In this document: positions 1 through 12,081 of the stretch, in pieces
Numbering within the stretch: position 1 is the stretch's first letter
How the letters are laid out: each line of letters begins with the position of its first letter
From: Mesorhizobium sp.
GTDB taxonomy: Bacteria > Pseudomonadota > Alphaproteobacteria > Rhizobiales > Rhizobiaceae
NCBI GenBank assembly: GCA_004017275.1
Contig: SAKE01000006.1
Location: 146,662-210,661, forward strand
Direction: 5' to 3'
Length of the DNA: 64,000 nucleotides
Program-made: the position numbers and the translations under genes
Notes under the pieces: model-generated
Databases searched by the model: none
Seen by the model: the letters and a program-made list of their open reading frames with translations, nothing else
Told to the model about the DNA's origin: nothing

Positions 1-442
1 CGCTTCCAGCCCATCCCAGCGCATGCTGCGCGTCGCCGAACAGGTGCGCCATGCGCTGTCCGAAACCTTGCAGCGCGGCGAGATCATCGATCCGCTGATC
101 GAGAACACCGTGGTGTCGGTCTCGGAGGTGCGCATGTCGCCGGACCTCAAGGTTGCCACCGCTTTCGTCTCGCCGCTCGGCGCCAAGGATACCGATGCGG
201 TGGTCGAGGCGCTGAACAAGCATGCGAAGTTTGTCCGTGGCCGTGTCTCCGGCGCTCTGCGGCAGATGAAATTCATGCCGGAGTTCCGCTTCAAGCTAGA
301 CACCTCCTTCGACAATTTCGCCAGGATCAACAACCTGCTGAAGTCGCCCGAAGTGGCGCGCGATCTGGGTCCTGAGGACCAGGAAAAAGTCGACCAAAAC
401 AAGGTCGACCGAGACAAAGACGACAACAAGGACACCGAATAG
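1..442 (+). CDS. rbfA: Ribosome-binding factor A (5' end probably lies before the window)
   Basis: The frame is open from position 2 ([21 protein letters not shown]...[11 protein letters not shown]...[13 protein letters not shown]), a typical RbfA; it precedes truB. Confidence 0.95.
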   Translation, partial: ASSPSQRMLRVAEQVRHALSETLQRGEIIDPLIENTVVSVSEVRMSPDLKVATAFVSPLGAKDTDAVVEALNKHAKFVRGRVSGALRQMKFMPEFRFKLDTSFDNFARINNLLKSPEVARDLGPEDQEKVDQNKVDRDKDDNKDTE

Positions 443-1449
443 TGGCGCGTCGCGGCAAGAAGAAAGGCCGGCCGATTTCGGGCTGGCTGATCTTGGACAA
501 GCCGGTCGGCATGGGCTCGACCGAAGCCGTCTCCAAGATCAAATGGCTGTTCCAGGCGGAAAAGGCCGGACATGCAGGCACGCTCGATCCGCTGGCGTCC
601 GGCATGCTGCCGATCGCGCTCGGCGAGGCCACCAAGACCGTGCCTTACGTGCAGGACGGCGCCAAGATCTATCGCTTCACTGTTGCCTGGGGACAGGAGC
701 GTTCGACCGACGACCTCGAAGGTCCGGTGACGAAGGAGTCCGACCAGCGGCCATCGGAAGCCGAGGTCAAGGTGCTGCTGCCGAAATACACCGGCGTCAT
801 CATGCAGACGCCGCCGCAATTCTCGGCCATCAAGATCGCGGGCGAGCGCGCCTATGATCTGGCGCGTGATGGCGCGACGGTCGACATTCCACCACGCGAG
901 GTCGAGATCGGCCGGCTCGATGTCGTCGAGCACGGCGCCGACCATACGGTTTTCGAGGTAGAATGCGGAAAGGGCACCTATGTGCGCTCGCTTGCCCGCG
1001 ACATGGGCCGCGACATCGGCTGTTTCGGCCATATTTCCGAACTGCGCCGGGTCGAGGTCGACCCGTTCACGCCGGAGGATTTCGTCACCATCGCCGAACT
1101 GGAAGCCGCCCGCTTCGGCGTGCAGGACAACTCGGACGTGACGGGCGCCGCCAACACGACAGAGGCAGCTGACACGACCGAGGTCGCTGAGGCGGTAGAG
1201 GCACCAATCGACTTCGACGCCATCGATGCGCTCCTGGTCGATACATCGGCTGCCCTCGACTGCCTGCCGCAGATCGCCATCAGCGACGACGCGGCGACAA
1301 AGATCCGCCTTGGCAATCCGGTCATCATCCGCGGCCGCGATGCACCAGTGGAAGCCGAGGAAGCCTGCGCCACGGCGCGCGGCAAGCTGGTCGCCATCGG
1401 TGCCATCGAGCAAGGCATGTTCAAGCCCAAGCGGGTCTTTGCCGGGTGA
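442..1449 (+). CDS. truB: tRNA pseudouridine(55) synthase
   Basis: [12 protein letters not shown] catalytic motif, [11 protein letters not shown]-terminal PUA-like region; the GTG start overlaps the rbfA stop. Confidence 0.97.
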   Translation: MARRGKKKGRPISGWLILDKPVGMGSTEAVSKIKWLFQAEKAGHAGTLDPLASGMLPIALGEATKTVPYVQDGAKIYRFTVAWGQERSTDDLEGPVTKESDQRPSEAEVKVLLPKYTGVIMQTPPQFSAIKIAGERAYDLARDGATVDIPPREVEIGRLDVVEHGADHTVFEVECGKGTYVRSLARDMGRDIGCFGHISELRRVEVDPFTPEDFVTIAELEAARFGVQDNSDVTGAANTTEAADTTEVAEAVEAPIDFDAIDALLVDTSAALDCLPQIAISDDAATKIRLGNPVIIRGRDAPVEAEEACATARGKLVAIGAIEQGMFKPKRVFAG

Positions 1450-1495
1450 CAGCTCTCGTCTAACGTCAAGTTCGACTCTACATTCGAGGGGCACC

Positions 1496-2590
1496 ATGGC
1501 AAAGGCCGAAGCAGTGAACAAGCGGGCGCCGGTGAAGACGCGGCGGCCGCCCGTCGGCGCGTCGCCAGGTACGCTGATTGCCGATCCGTCGGCCCGCCGC
1601 TCGGAACTGCGGCTGACGCTGATCTCGCCGCAGAAATTCCAGACCATCGAAAATGCCAGCATCGACGACCTCAACACCCATTGCGACAAATGGCCCGTTA
1701 TCTGGCTCGACTGCACCGGCCTCGCCAACATCCCGCTGATCGAGGAGATCGGCCGCATTTTCAGTCTGCATCCGCTGGCGCTGGAAGACGTCGTCAACAC
1801 CGGCCAGCGGCCGAAGGTCGATTTCTTCGAGGACCATGCCTTCGTCGTCGTCAGGATGATCGACGATGTCACGTCGCACCGCTATGAGCAGATCGCCGTC
1901 TTCTTCGGCAACAATTTCGTCGTCACCTTCCAGGAACGCGAGGGCGACCCGTTCAACCCCGTGCGCAAGCGCATCGAAAGCTCGGCGCCCAACCGGTTGC
2001 GCGCGCGCGGCGCCGATTACCTCGCTTATGCGCTGATCGATGCCGTCGTCGACAGTTATTTTCCGCCGATCGAGGCCGCCGGCGACACGGTCGACAGCAT
2101 CGAGGACGAGATGCTGCATTCGCCGCACAAGCACCAGATGCGGCAGCTGCATGAATTGCGGCGCGATGCCAATGTGCTGAAAGGCGTACTGTGGCCGATG
2201 CGCGATGCGCTGGCGACGCTGATCCGCAACGACGTGCCCTATGTGAAGGCCGAGACCAAGATCTTCCTCAACGACACGCTCGACCATTCGCTCAGGCTGA
2301 TCGAACTGGTCGAAACCCAGCGCGACATGCTGACCGGCCTGATCGAGATGCATCTGTCGCTGAGCCAGGCGCGCACCAACGACGTCATCAGCTATCTCAC
2401 CATCGTCTCGGTCATCTTCATGCCGCTGACCTTCCTGGTCGGCATCTGGGGCATGAATTTCGATCCGGAGACTTCGCCCTGGAACATGCCGGAACTGAAA
2501 GCCTACTACGGCTATCCCTTGTCGCTCCTGTTCATGGCGCTTGTTGCTTTCGGGCTGATTGCCTTCTTCAAATGGAAGAAATGGCTTTGA
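1496..2590 (+). CDS. corA: Magnesium/cobalt transporter CorA
   Basis: GIWGMNF signature between two C-terminal TM helices; start taken at ATG 1496 after GAGGGG rather than the ORF-track start 1226, which overlaps truB. Confidence 0.93.
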   Translation: MAKAEAVNKRAPVKTRRPPVGASPGTLIADPSARRSELRLTLISPQKFQTIENASIDDLNTHCDKWPVIWLDCTGLANIPLIEEIGRIFSLHPLALEDVVNTGQRPKVDFFEDHAFVVVRMIDDVTSHRYEQIAVFFGNNFVVTFQEREGDPFNPVRKRIESSAPNRLRARGADYLAYALIDAVVDSYFPPIEAAGDTVDSIEDEMLHSPHKHQMRQLHELRRDANVLKGVLWPMRDALATLIRNDVPYVKAETKIFLNDTLDHSLRLIELVETQRDMLTGLIEMHLSLSQARTNDVISYLTIVSVIFMPLTFLVGIWGMNFDPETSPWNMPELKAYYGYPLSLLFMALVAFGLIAFFKWKKWL

Positions 2591-2707
2591 CAAGGATAAA
2601 ATCGGCCATTTCGGCCTGAAAAGCCGGCTTGTGAATTGGGCTGGTGTTTTGCAGGGAATTGCACTATATGCGCCGCAGCATAGCGCTATGACGCTTTGCT
2701 TGCACCG

Positions 2708-2772
2708 GCCCCTGCTGGACGACATCCCGGCTGAGGGCGACCCGTTTCCTCAAACAGATAAGGAAAAACACG
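2708..2772 (+). promoter_or_regulatory. Candidate S15 autoregulatory leader RNA
   Basis: Stem GCTGG(2714-18)/CCGGC(2727-31) extended by GCCC/GGGC, then a TTTCCT(2745-50)/AGGAAA(2761-66) stem covering the rpsO Shine-Dalgarno. Confidence 0.55.
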
Positions 2773-3042
2773 ATGTCGATTACTGCCGAGCGCAAACAGG
2801 AATTGATGGGTGAATTCGCAACCGCCAAGGGCGATACCGGGTCTCCGGAAGTCCAGGTGGCCATCCTTTCCGAGCGCATCAAGAACCTGACCGACCATTT
2901 CAAGGACCACAAGAAGGATAACCATTCCCGCCGTGGTCTGCTCGCTCTCGTCTCCCAGCGCCGCAGCCTGCTTGATTATCTCAAGCGCAAGGATGACGCG
3001 CGCTACCAGACGCTGATCGAGAAGCTCGGTCTGCGCCGTTGA
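2773..3042 (+). CDS. rpsO: 30S ribosomal protein S15
   Basis: 89 aa, [12 protein letters not shown]...[11 protein letters not shown]...LGLRR. Confidence 0.99.
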   Translation: MSITAERKQELMGEFATAKGDTGSPEVQVAILSERIKNLTDHFKDHKKDNHSRRGLLALVSQRRSLLDYLKRKDDARYQTLIEKLGLRR

Positions 3043-3048
3043 CGAATT

Positions 3049-3082
3049 GACCGGCGGGCTTTCTTCGGAGAGCCCGCCGGTC
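3049..3082 (+). terminator. 15-bp hairpin with C(UUCG)G loop after rpsO (terminator or stabiliser; no U-tract)
   Basis: GACCGGCGGGCTTTC-TTCG-GAGAGCCCGCCGGTC. Confidence 0.6.
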
Positions 3083-3320
3083 GCGCATTCTGCCAGTCGT
3101 ATCGACTGGCCAGACCCGGTTTCGATCGTGCAGAGGGCACTCGAAACCGCCCATGGACGGTCATGGGGCAGGATTGCAGGACGCTCGCGCGCGCACCGCG
3201 CCGGAATCACCCGAGCTTCCCGTTGTCTTGCCCGTGGCTGCCCGAGAAAGGAAGCCAGGGAAAGGGCATCTCCGCGCACCGTGAAACGGCGCGGCCCTTT
3301 CCTCATATTAAGGACAAGAG

Positions 3321-5468
<2,148 letters not shown>

Positions 5469-5491
5469 CCGGTCTGAAGTCATAAATCGAG

Positions 5492-5525
5492 GCGGGCGCG
5501 GCTTATGTCGCGCCCGTTTTCATTT
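5492..5525 (+). terminator. Intrinsic terminator after pnp
   Basis: CGGGCGCGGC-TTAT-GTCGCGCCCG followed by TTTTCATTT. Confidence 0.85.
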
Positions 5526-5593
5526 CAGCCCCGGGTATTCATTTTCAGACCCGTTTTCACTTTCAGATCGTCAAGACAGGTCGAGATCGAACA

Positions 5594-6613
5594 ATGTCCG
5601 CCGAGCCGTTGAAGACGCTTTTTCATCCCTTTGAGGCAGAGGCTGTGCCTTTGCTGGGAAAGGCTGAGCGCGCCCTGTTTCTCGGCGCTGAGCCGGGTTT
5701 TCGCCTGCCTGAAGGCTTCGAGGCCACGCTTCACCTCGTGCAAGGCTTCCGGCCGCACTTTCGCGCGCTGCAGGCATCCGGCTTCACCGTCACCGCGCAA
5801 GCGGAGGGCGGCGGCTTCGATATGGCACTTGTGCTAGCCGGCCGGCATCGCGGCCTGAACGAAGTGCGCATTGCAGAGGCGCTTGAGCGCGTGGCACCGG
5901 GCGACCTGGTCGTCATAGCCGGCGGCAAGGACGATGGCATTGCCAGCCTGCGCAAGCGCGTTGACGAACTTCTGCCACTTGAAGGCCATCTGCCGAAATA
6001 CCACGGCATTGCCTTCTGGTTGCGCCGTCCCGCCGATCTGGCCGCCGCGGAAGACTTGCGCACCGCCAATCCCGCCTTGCTGGTTGAAGGCCGGTTCCAC
6101 ACCGCGCCCGGCATGTTTTCCTTCGACCGGATCGACACCGGCTCGAAACTGCTGGTAGAGAACCTGCCTGGTGATTTGCGCGGCAGCGTCGCCGATTTCT
6201 GCGCCGGCTGGGGTTATGTGGCTGCCGAGATCGCCGCCCGCTCACCGGGCGTCTCGGCGTTAGACCTCCATGAGGCGGATTTCGCCTCGCTCGAAGCCGC
6301 AAAGCTCAATCTGGCAGGGGTTAACCAGTCGATCGCCAGGAACTTCTTCTGGATCGATCTGCTGAAGGAGCCGGTCGAGAAGCGCTATGACGTTATAGCC
6401 ATGAACCCGCCCTTTCACCGCAGCCGGGCGGCCGAGCCGGAGATCGGCGCTGGCATGATCCGCGCCGCTGCCAAGGCCTTGAAGCCGGGTGGGCGACTAT
6501 TCATGGTCGCCAACCGTCAGCTCCCCTATGAGCCGGTGCTGTCAGCCGCCTTCTCGAGCCATGCCGAACTCGCCCGCGACGGCATGTTCAAGATCTTGTC
6601 GGCGCGGCGTTGA
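5594..6613 (+). CDS. Class I SAM-dependent methyltransferase, RsmC-like (16S rRNA m2G1207 family)
   Basis: PGMFSFDRIDTGS, motif I DFCAGWG, motif IV MNPPFH. Confidence 0.8.
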   Translation: MSAEPLKTLFHPFEAEAVPLLGKAERALFLGAEPGFRLPEGFEATLHLVQGFRPHFRALQASGFTVTAQAEGGGFDMALVLAGRHRGLNEVRIAEALERVAPGDLVVIAGGKDDGIASLRKRVDELLPLEGHLPKYHGIAFWLRRPADLAAAEDLRTANPALLVEGRFHTAPGMFSFDRIDTGSKLLVENLPGDLRGSVADFCAGWGYVAAEIAARSPGVSALDLHEADFASLEAAKLNLAGVNQSIARNFFWIDLLKEPVEKRYDVIAMNPPFHRSRAAEPEIGAGMIRAAAKALKPGGRLFMVANRQLPYEPVLSAAFSSHAELARDGMFKILSARR

Positions 6614-6628
6614 CACAACGCACCGCGC

Positions 6629-8173
6629 TCAATGCAGATTGGCGACGCGTCGGAACTTGTCGGTGATATGCGCGTCGCCAACCCTGATCTGGAGCGGTGC
6701 CGGCCTGCCGTACAGGTAACCTTGCACCACCTCGCAGCCGGCTGCCCGCAGCAGCGTCGCCTGGCTTTCGGTCTCGACGCCTTCCGCAATGATGCTGACG
6801 CCAAGCGCGCGCGATAGCCCGACGATGGTCGAGACGACCGCGCCGGAGCTGGTATCTGTGTCCAGGCGGCTGACGAAGGACCGGTCGATCTTCAGTTTGC
6901 CGAACGAGAAGTCGATCAAATAGCTCAAATTGGAATAGCCGGTGCCGAAATCGTCGACGGCGACTGAGATGCCCATATCCGCAAGCTGCTTCAGGATGGC
7001 GGCGGCTCGGTCGCGGTCCTGCATCATCGCGGTCTCGGTTACTTCCAGTTCCAGCCGCGACGGCTTGATGCCGGTGCTCGTCATGGCGTCGCGCACGGTG
7101 CCGACGAAGTCCTTGGTCATGAACTGCACGGGCGAGATGTTGACGGCGACGAAGCAGTCGTCGGGCAGATGCCGGGCGTCGCTGCAAGCCTTGCGGAGCA
7201 CCCATTCGCCGATCGGGCCGATCATGCCGGTTTCCTCGGCGATCGGAATGAACTCCATCGGCGGGATCATGCCGCGTTCGGGATGCCGCCAGCGGATCAG
7301 TGCTTCGTAGCCGACGATGCGGCCGGTTGGGAGATCGAGCTGCGGCTGGTAGTGAAGATCGAAGTCGCCGCGCTCGAAGGCGATGTGCAGTTCGGATTCG
7401 ACCCACTGGCGATGGTCGGCGACCCTACCCATTTCTGCATGGAAGACCGACCAGTTGCCGACGCCGCTGGCTCGGGCATTCTGCAGCGCCAGGTTGGAGC
7501 GGCGCAGGATGAGTACGGGATCGACACCGTCCTTTGGCATCGCCACGATGCCGACCGACAGGCTGACCGATTGCAGGTGCGTGCTGAGCTCATAAGGCTC
7601 CATCATCTCGTCGATGAGCCTCTCTATGGTGCTTTCCAGCGATCCGGACACCTGATTGTCGGGAAGCAGAATCGCGAATTCACCGGCGCCGATGCGTCCG
7701 ATCAGCGCGCGCTGCGGCACGCAGGTCTTCAATCGCTTGGTGAAGGCGCGGATCAACTCGTCGCCCTGGCTGTAGCCGATAGCGTCATTGATCTGCTTGA
7801 ATCGGTCGATATCGATATCGATGAGGAACATCGGCTCACCGGTCCGGCTTGTCGCGCATGCCGCCTCGGCAATCTTGCCGACCATCGCCGGGCGCGCCAA
7901 AAGGCCGGTCAGCTTGTCGAAATGGGTTTCCGTGAAGACGAAATCCACCGATTCATCGACACCAGCGAAGAAGGACATCGCAGCTATTGACGCCGCCAGT
8001 GCGCAAAGAGCGGCCATTACTGCGACCATCATGTCCGTGGAGATGCCGGCAAAGCCATTGCCGAGACCGAGCTTCAGGCCCCAGAGTCCGAGGACGAAAC
8101 TGCCGATACCCGAGCTTGCTATGGTGAGCAGTCGGAACACCGGTGTTCGCTTCGGGTTGCTGACGGCGGACAT
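6629..8173 (-). CDS. Membrane-anchored GGDEF(degenerate)-EAL protein, probable c-di-GMP phosphodiesterase
   Basis: Two N-terminal hydrophobic helices; GGDEF site reads GAGEF; EAL (GYEALIRW) and DDFGTGYS intact. Confidence 0.88.
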   Translation of the reverse strand: MSAVSNPKRTPVFRLLTIASSGIGSFVLGLWGLKLGLGNGFAGISTDMMVAVMAALCALAASIAAMSFFAGVDESVDFVFTETHFDKLTGLLARPAMVGKIAEAACATSRTGEPMFLIDIDIDRFKQINDAIGYSQGDELIRAFTKRLKTCVPQRALIGRIGAGEFAILLPDNQVSGSLESTIERLIDEMMEPYELSTHLQSVSLSVGIVAMPKDGVDPVLILRRSNLALQNARASGVGNWSVFHAEMGRVADHRQWVESELHIAFERGDFDLHYQPQLDLPTGRIVGYEALIRWRHPERGMIPPMEFIPIAEETGMIGPIGEWVLRKACSDARHLPDDCFVAVNISPVQFMTKDFVGTVRDAMTSTGIKPSRLELEVTETAMMQDRDRAAAILKQLADMGISVAVDDFGTGYSNLSYLIDFSFGKLKIDRSFVSRLDTDTSSGAVVSTIVGLSRALGVSIIAEGVETESQATLLRAAGCEVVQGYLYGRPAPLQIRVGDAHITDKFRRVANLH

Positions 8174-8276
8174 TGAAAGATCCCCAGAGTACGAGGCTTT
8201 CTAGCGGATATCTCCTTAAAATGAGTTTCCGCGAATGCGTCCAATTTTATTGGACCGAAAGTATTTCTTGAGCTGG

Positions 8277-8382
8277 TTAAAGCGCGTAACGTTGAAACGG
8301 ATTTAGTCGGCGCACCTTAAGCTTTTGTTTTATAAATGTCGTTGTCCCAAAGCGGCTGTGCACTTTTGGGCGACATACATTA
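8277..8382 (-). repeat. Full-length two-hairpin intergenic repeat (RIME/CIR/Bru-RS-like), copy A
   Basis: Starts at the fabI TAA; on the minus strand ATGTCG-CCCAAAAGTG..GCTTTGGG..CGACAT, linker TAAAACAAAAG, second hairpin TTAAGGTGCG..CGCGCTTTAA. Confidence 0.75.
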
Positions 8383-9192
8383 GTCTCGCCCGCCGTCGGT
8401 CTGCTTCAATTCGTCGAGCGTTGGCATGGAAACGATGTGATAGCCGGAATCGACATAGTGGATTTCGCCGGTAACGCCGGAGGACAGATCCGACAACAGA
8501 TAAAGCGCCGAGCCGCCGACCTCGTCGATGGTCACGGTGCGGCGCAGCGGCGAGTTGCGTTGCTGGTAGGAGAACATGTGGCGCGCGTCGGAAATCCCGG
8601 CGCCGGCAAGCGTACGCACCGGTCCAGCCGATATGCCGTTGACCCTGATGCCGCGCGGACCGTAGTCGTTGGCAAGGTAGCGCACACTGGCCTCCAGGCC
8701 TGCCTTGGCAACGCCCATGACGTTGTAGTTCGGCATGACACGGACCGACCCCGCATAGGTCAGCGTGATCATTGATCCGCCGTCCTGCATCAAGGCGGCG
8801 GCATGGCGGGCGACCTCGGTGAAGGAGTAGCAGGAGATCACCATGGTGCGGACGAAATTGTCCCGACTAGTGTCGGCGTAGAGGCCCTTCAACTCGTTCT
8901 TGTCGGAAAAGCCGATGGCATGGACGACGAAGTCCAGCCCGCCCCATTCCTTGCCCAACGTCTCGAACGTGGCGGCGACCGAAGCGCTGTCCTCGACGTC
9001 GCACGGCACGACCAGCGAGGCGCCGAGCTTGTCGGCGAGCGGCTTGACCCGGCGCCCGAAGGCATCGCCCTGATAGGTGAAGGCGAGTTCCGCCCCATGT
9101 TCGGATAATTTCCGGGCGATGCCCCAGGCGATCGAATGGTCGTTGGCGACACCCATGACAAGCCCGCGCTTGCCCTTCATCAATCCGTCCAT
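8380..9192 (-). CDS. fabI: Enoyl-ACP reductase
   Basis: GVANDHSIAWGIA, YNVMGVAKAGLE; start at MDGLMKGKRG. Confidence 0.96.
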   Translation of the reverse strand: MDGLMKGKRGLVMGVANDHSIAWGIARKLSEHGAELAFTYQGDAFGRRVKPLADKLGASLVVPCDVEDSASVAATFETLGKEWGGLDFVVHAIGFSDKNELKGLYADTSRDNFVRTMVISCYSFTEVARHAAALMQDGGSMITLTYAGSVRVMPNYNVMGVAKAGLEASVRYLANDYGPRGIRVNGISAGPVRTLAGAGISDARHMFSYQQRNSPLRRTVTIDEVGGSALYLLSDLSSGVTGEIHYVDSGYHIVSMPTLDELKQTDGGRD

Positions 9193-9205
9193 GGCCGGCA
9201 AATCC

Positions 9206-10426
9206 TTATGCGGAATAGCGCTGGAAAACGAGCGTGGCGTTGGTGCCACCGAAGCCGAACGAATTGGACAAAACAGTGTCGATCCTGGCGTCGTCGATGC
9301 GCTTTCGCACGATCGGCATACCCTCGAATTCGGGATCGAGGGTCTCGATATGGGCGCTTTCGCCGATGAACCCGCCCTGCATCATCAGGATCGAATAGAT
9401 GGATTCCTGCACGCCTGCCGCGCCCAGCGAATGGCCGGTCAGCGATTTCGTCGAGGTGATGTACGGCATCTCTGGGCCGAAAACTTCGCGGATCGCGCCC
9501 ATTTCCTTGGAATCACCCACTGGCGTCGACGTGCCATGAGTGTTGATGTAGTCGACCGGCGTGGAAACCGTGGCCAGCGCCTGGCGCATGCAGCGCGCCG
9601 CGCCTTCGCCCGAAGGGGCGACCATGTCGTAGCCATCCGAGGTCGCGCCGTAGCCGACGATTTCGGCGTAGATCTTGGCGCCGCGCGCCTTGGCATGCTC
9701 CAGTTCTTCCAGCACCAGCACGCCGGCGCCGCCGGCGATGACGAAGCCGTCGCGATTGGCGTCGTAGGCGCGCGAAGCGGTCGATGCCCTGTCATTGAAT
9801 TTCGACGACATGGCGCCCATGGCGTCGAACAGGTCCGACATTGTCCAGTCGAGATCCTCGTGGCCGCCGGCAAAGACCATGTCCTGCTTGCCCCACTGGA
9901 TCAATTCGTAGCCATTGCCGATGCAATGCGCCGAGGTCGAGCAGGCCGACGAGATCGAGTAGTTGACACCGTGGATCTTGAACCAGGTGGCAAGGGTTGC
10001 CGATGCGGTCGACGACATCGCCTTCGGCACCGCGAACGGACCGATGCGCTTGGGACTGCCGTTCTTCAGCGTGGTTTCGGCTGCCTCGACGATGGTGCGG
10101 GTGGAAGGTCCGCCCGATCCCATGACGATGCCGGTGCGCTCGTTGGTGATGTCGCTCTCGCCGAGGCCCGCATCCGCGATCGCCTGATCCATGGCGACGT
10201 GATTCCACGCAGCGCCTTGGCTCAGGAAGCGCAGCGCACGGCGATCGATCATGGCCGAGGGATCGAGCGTCGGCGCTCCCCAGACGTGGCAGCGGAAGCC
10301 GTGTTCGGCGAAGGAATCGGAGAAGCTTATGCCGGATTTGGCGTCATGCAGCGAGGCTTGCACCTCGTTGGCATTGTTGCCGATCGACGATACGATGCCG
10401 AGGCCTGTGACTACGACCCGTCTCAT
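9206..10426 (-). CDS. fabB: 3-oxoacyl-ACP synthase I
   Basis: [18 protein letters not shown] (catalytic Cys), [23 protein letters not shown]. Confidence 0.96.
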   Translation of the reverse strand: MRRVVVTGLGIVSSIGNNANEVQASLHDAKSGISFSDSFAEHGFRCHVWGAPTLDPSAMIDRRALRFLSQGAAWNHVAMDQAIADAGLGESDITNERTGIVMGSGGPSTRTIVEAAETTLKNGSPKRIGPFAVPKAMSSTASATLATWFKIHGVNYSISSACSTSAHCIGNGYELIQWGKQDMVFAGGHEDLDWTMSDLFDAMGAMSSKFNDRASTASRAYDANRDGFVIAGGAGVLVLEELEHAKARGAKIYAEIVGYGATSDGYDMVAPSGEGAARCMRQALATVSTPVDYINTHGTSTPVGDSKEMGAIREVFGPEMPYITSTKSLTGHSLGAAGVQESIYSILMMQGGFIGESAHIETLDPEFEGMPIVRKRIDDARIDTVLSNSFGFGGTNATLVFQRYSA

Positions 10427-10457
10427 GGGCTGCTCCTTCCAGAGTGTGCGGTGACGA

Positions 10458-10973
10458 TCAGGCGACCGCCGACTGCTTTGACAGACCCACCTTGAGATCC
10501 GTTGCCGCATATATGGGCTCGCCGTCTGCCTTCAGCCAGCCATCGGCGATGCCGAGCACCAACCGTCCGCGCATCACGCGCTTGAAGTCGATGCCGTATT
10601 CCACTTTCTTGACCGCCGGCGTCACCATGCCCTTGAATTTGACCTCACCGGTCGACAGCGCCATTCCCTTGCCGGGTTCGCCGAGCCAGCCAAGGTAGAA
10701 GCCCGTCAATTGCCACATGGCGTCGAGGCCGAGACACCCCGGCATGATCGGGTTGCCGATGAAATGGCAGGCAAAGAACCACAGGTCCGGCTTGATGTCG
10801 AATTCCGCGCGGATGAAGCCTTTCTCGAAGGCGCCGCCGGTCTCGCTGATCTCGGTGATGCGGTCGAACATCAGCATGGGCGGATAGGGCAGTTGGGCAT
10901 TGCCCGGCCCGAACAGTTCGCCGCGAGCGCAGGCCAGCAATTCGTCGTACTCGTAGCTGGATTTACCCGCCAT
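10458..10973 (-). CDS. fabA: 3-hydroxyacyl-ACP dehydratase/isomerase
   Basis: [24 protein letters not shown]; upstream of fabB. Confidence 0.97.
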   Translation of the reverse strand: MAGKSSYEYDELLACARGELFGPGNAQLPYPPMLMFDRITEISETGGAFEKGFIRAEFDIKPDLWFFACHFIGNPIMPGCLGLDAMWQLTGFYLGWLGEPGKGMALSTGEVKFKGMVTPAVKKVEYGIDFKRVMRGRLVLGIADGWLKADGEPIYAATDLKVGLSKQSAVA

Positions 10974-11216
10974 CAATCTCGTCCCCATATCGTTACGGGC
11001 TATCGGGTGCCCTTGTCGCTGGTTTCCTAACACAATCTGTTTCAGGCCGGAAACCGGCGTTTGCGCTTAACCTGCTCGTCTGCCTGGGTCAATGCGCGCT
11101 ATTGATCGCATTCTGGCGACAGAATATATGTCCTGAGAGGTCCGGTTTCGGCAGATGTCCATTTTTTTGCCATTCTGGGCGTGTCTTGGGGCGGAACTGT
11201 GGGGTTCGACGAGAAG

Positions 11217-11648
11217 ATGGACCTGGACGGCCGGAAGGAAAATGTCGCTGTGGACAAGCGGGTTCGTGAAGCCGGCCTGAGGCCGACGCGTCAGCGCATT
11301 GCGCTGGCCGACCTGCTTTTCGCCAAGGGCGACCGTCATCTGTCGGCCGAGGAACTGCACGAGGAGGCGGTCGCCGCCGGTGTGCCGGTATCGCTGGCCA
11401 CCGTCTACAATGCCCTTCACCAGTTCACCCAGGCGGGACTGCTGCGCATCCTCGCTGTCGAGGGCGCGAAGACCTATTTCGACACCAACACCTCCGACCA
11501 CCACCATTTCTATATCGAAGGCGAAAACCGCATATTCGATATCGACAGCGGTCCGGTGACGGTTGCCAACCTGCCGGAGCCGCCGGAAGGGATGGAGATC
11601 GCCAATGTCGACATCGTGGTGAGGCTGCGCCCCAAGCGCCCCGAATGA
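11217..11648 (+). CDS. irr: Iron response regulator Irr (Fur family)
   Basis: GLRPTRQR, VSLATVYNALHQF, SDHHHFY haem-binding His cluster; divergent from fabA. Alternative GTG start at 11181. Confidence 0.9.
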   Translation: MDLDGRKENVAVDKRVREAGLRPTRQRIALADLLFAKGDRHLSAEELHEEAVAAGVPVSLATVYNALHQFTQAGLLRILAVEGAKTYFDTNTSDHHHFYIEGENRIFDIDSGPVTVANLPEPPEGMEIANVDIVVRLRPKRPE

Positions 11649-11676
11649 TCGGCCAGGCCAGAATCTTCGGCCAGGG

Positions 11677-12036
11677 ATGAAACCCCTCGATCTCGTAATC
11701 CGGTTCGAATGGGCAATCGTGGCGGTGGCTGCCGTCGTTTTCTACGGATCAACCGGCCTGTCCTGGTGGCTCTTCGGATTGCTTATCCTGGCGCCTGACC
11801 TGTCAATGTTTGGCTATCTGGCAGGACCGCGCATCGGCGCTCTTGCTTACAACGCTTTGCACATCCTGATCGTGCCCATGCTGCTGCTGCTTGCCGGGCA
11901 CGTGTGGGGCAATGCGACCGCCATGGCGGTCGCATTGATCTGGATCGCCCACATCGCCATCGACCGTGCGCTGGGCTACGGCCTGAAGCTGCCGACCGGC
12001 TTTCAGGACACCCATCTCGGCCGCATCGGACGCTGA
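11677..12036 (+). CDS. DUF4260-like small membrane protein
   Basis: LAPDLSM.GYLAG, YNALH, HIAIDRALGYGLK pattern. Confidence 0.75.
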   Translation: MKPLDLVIRFEWAIVAVAAVVFYGSTGLSWWLFGLLILAPDLSMFGYLAGPRIGALAYNALHILIVPMLLLLAGHVWGNATAMAVALIWIAHIAIDRALGYGLKLPTGFQDTHLGRIGR

Positions 12037-12081
12037 ACCACGACCACGAATCTTCGACGGATCGCGCAAAAAGATCGAAAA

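Noticed and set aside
8277-8320. TTAA pairs upstream of the EAL gene as CtrA boxes
   Set aside because: The spacing is not N7, and they are the arms of the second hairpin of repeat copy A.
10974-11216. irr divergent from fabA as a novel iron-lipid link
   Set aside because: To my knowledge this synteny is common in Rhizobiales; no operator could be supported from the sequence.
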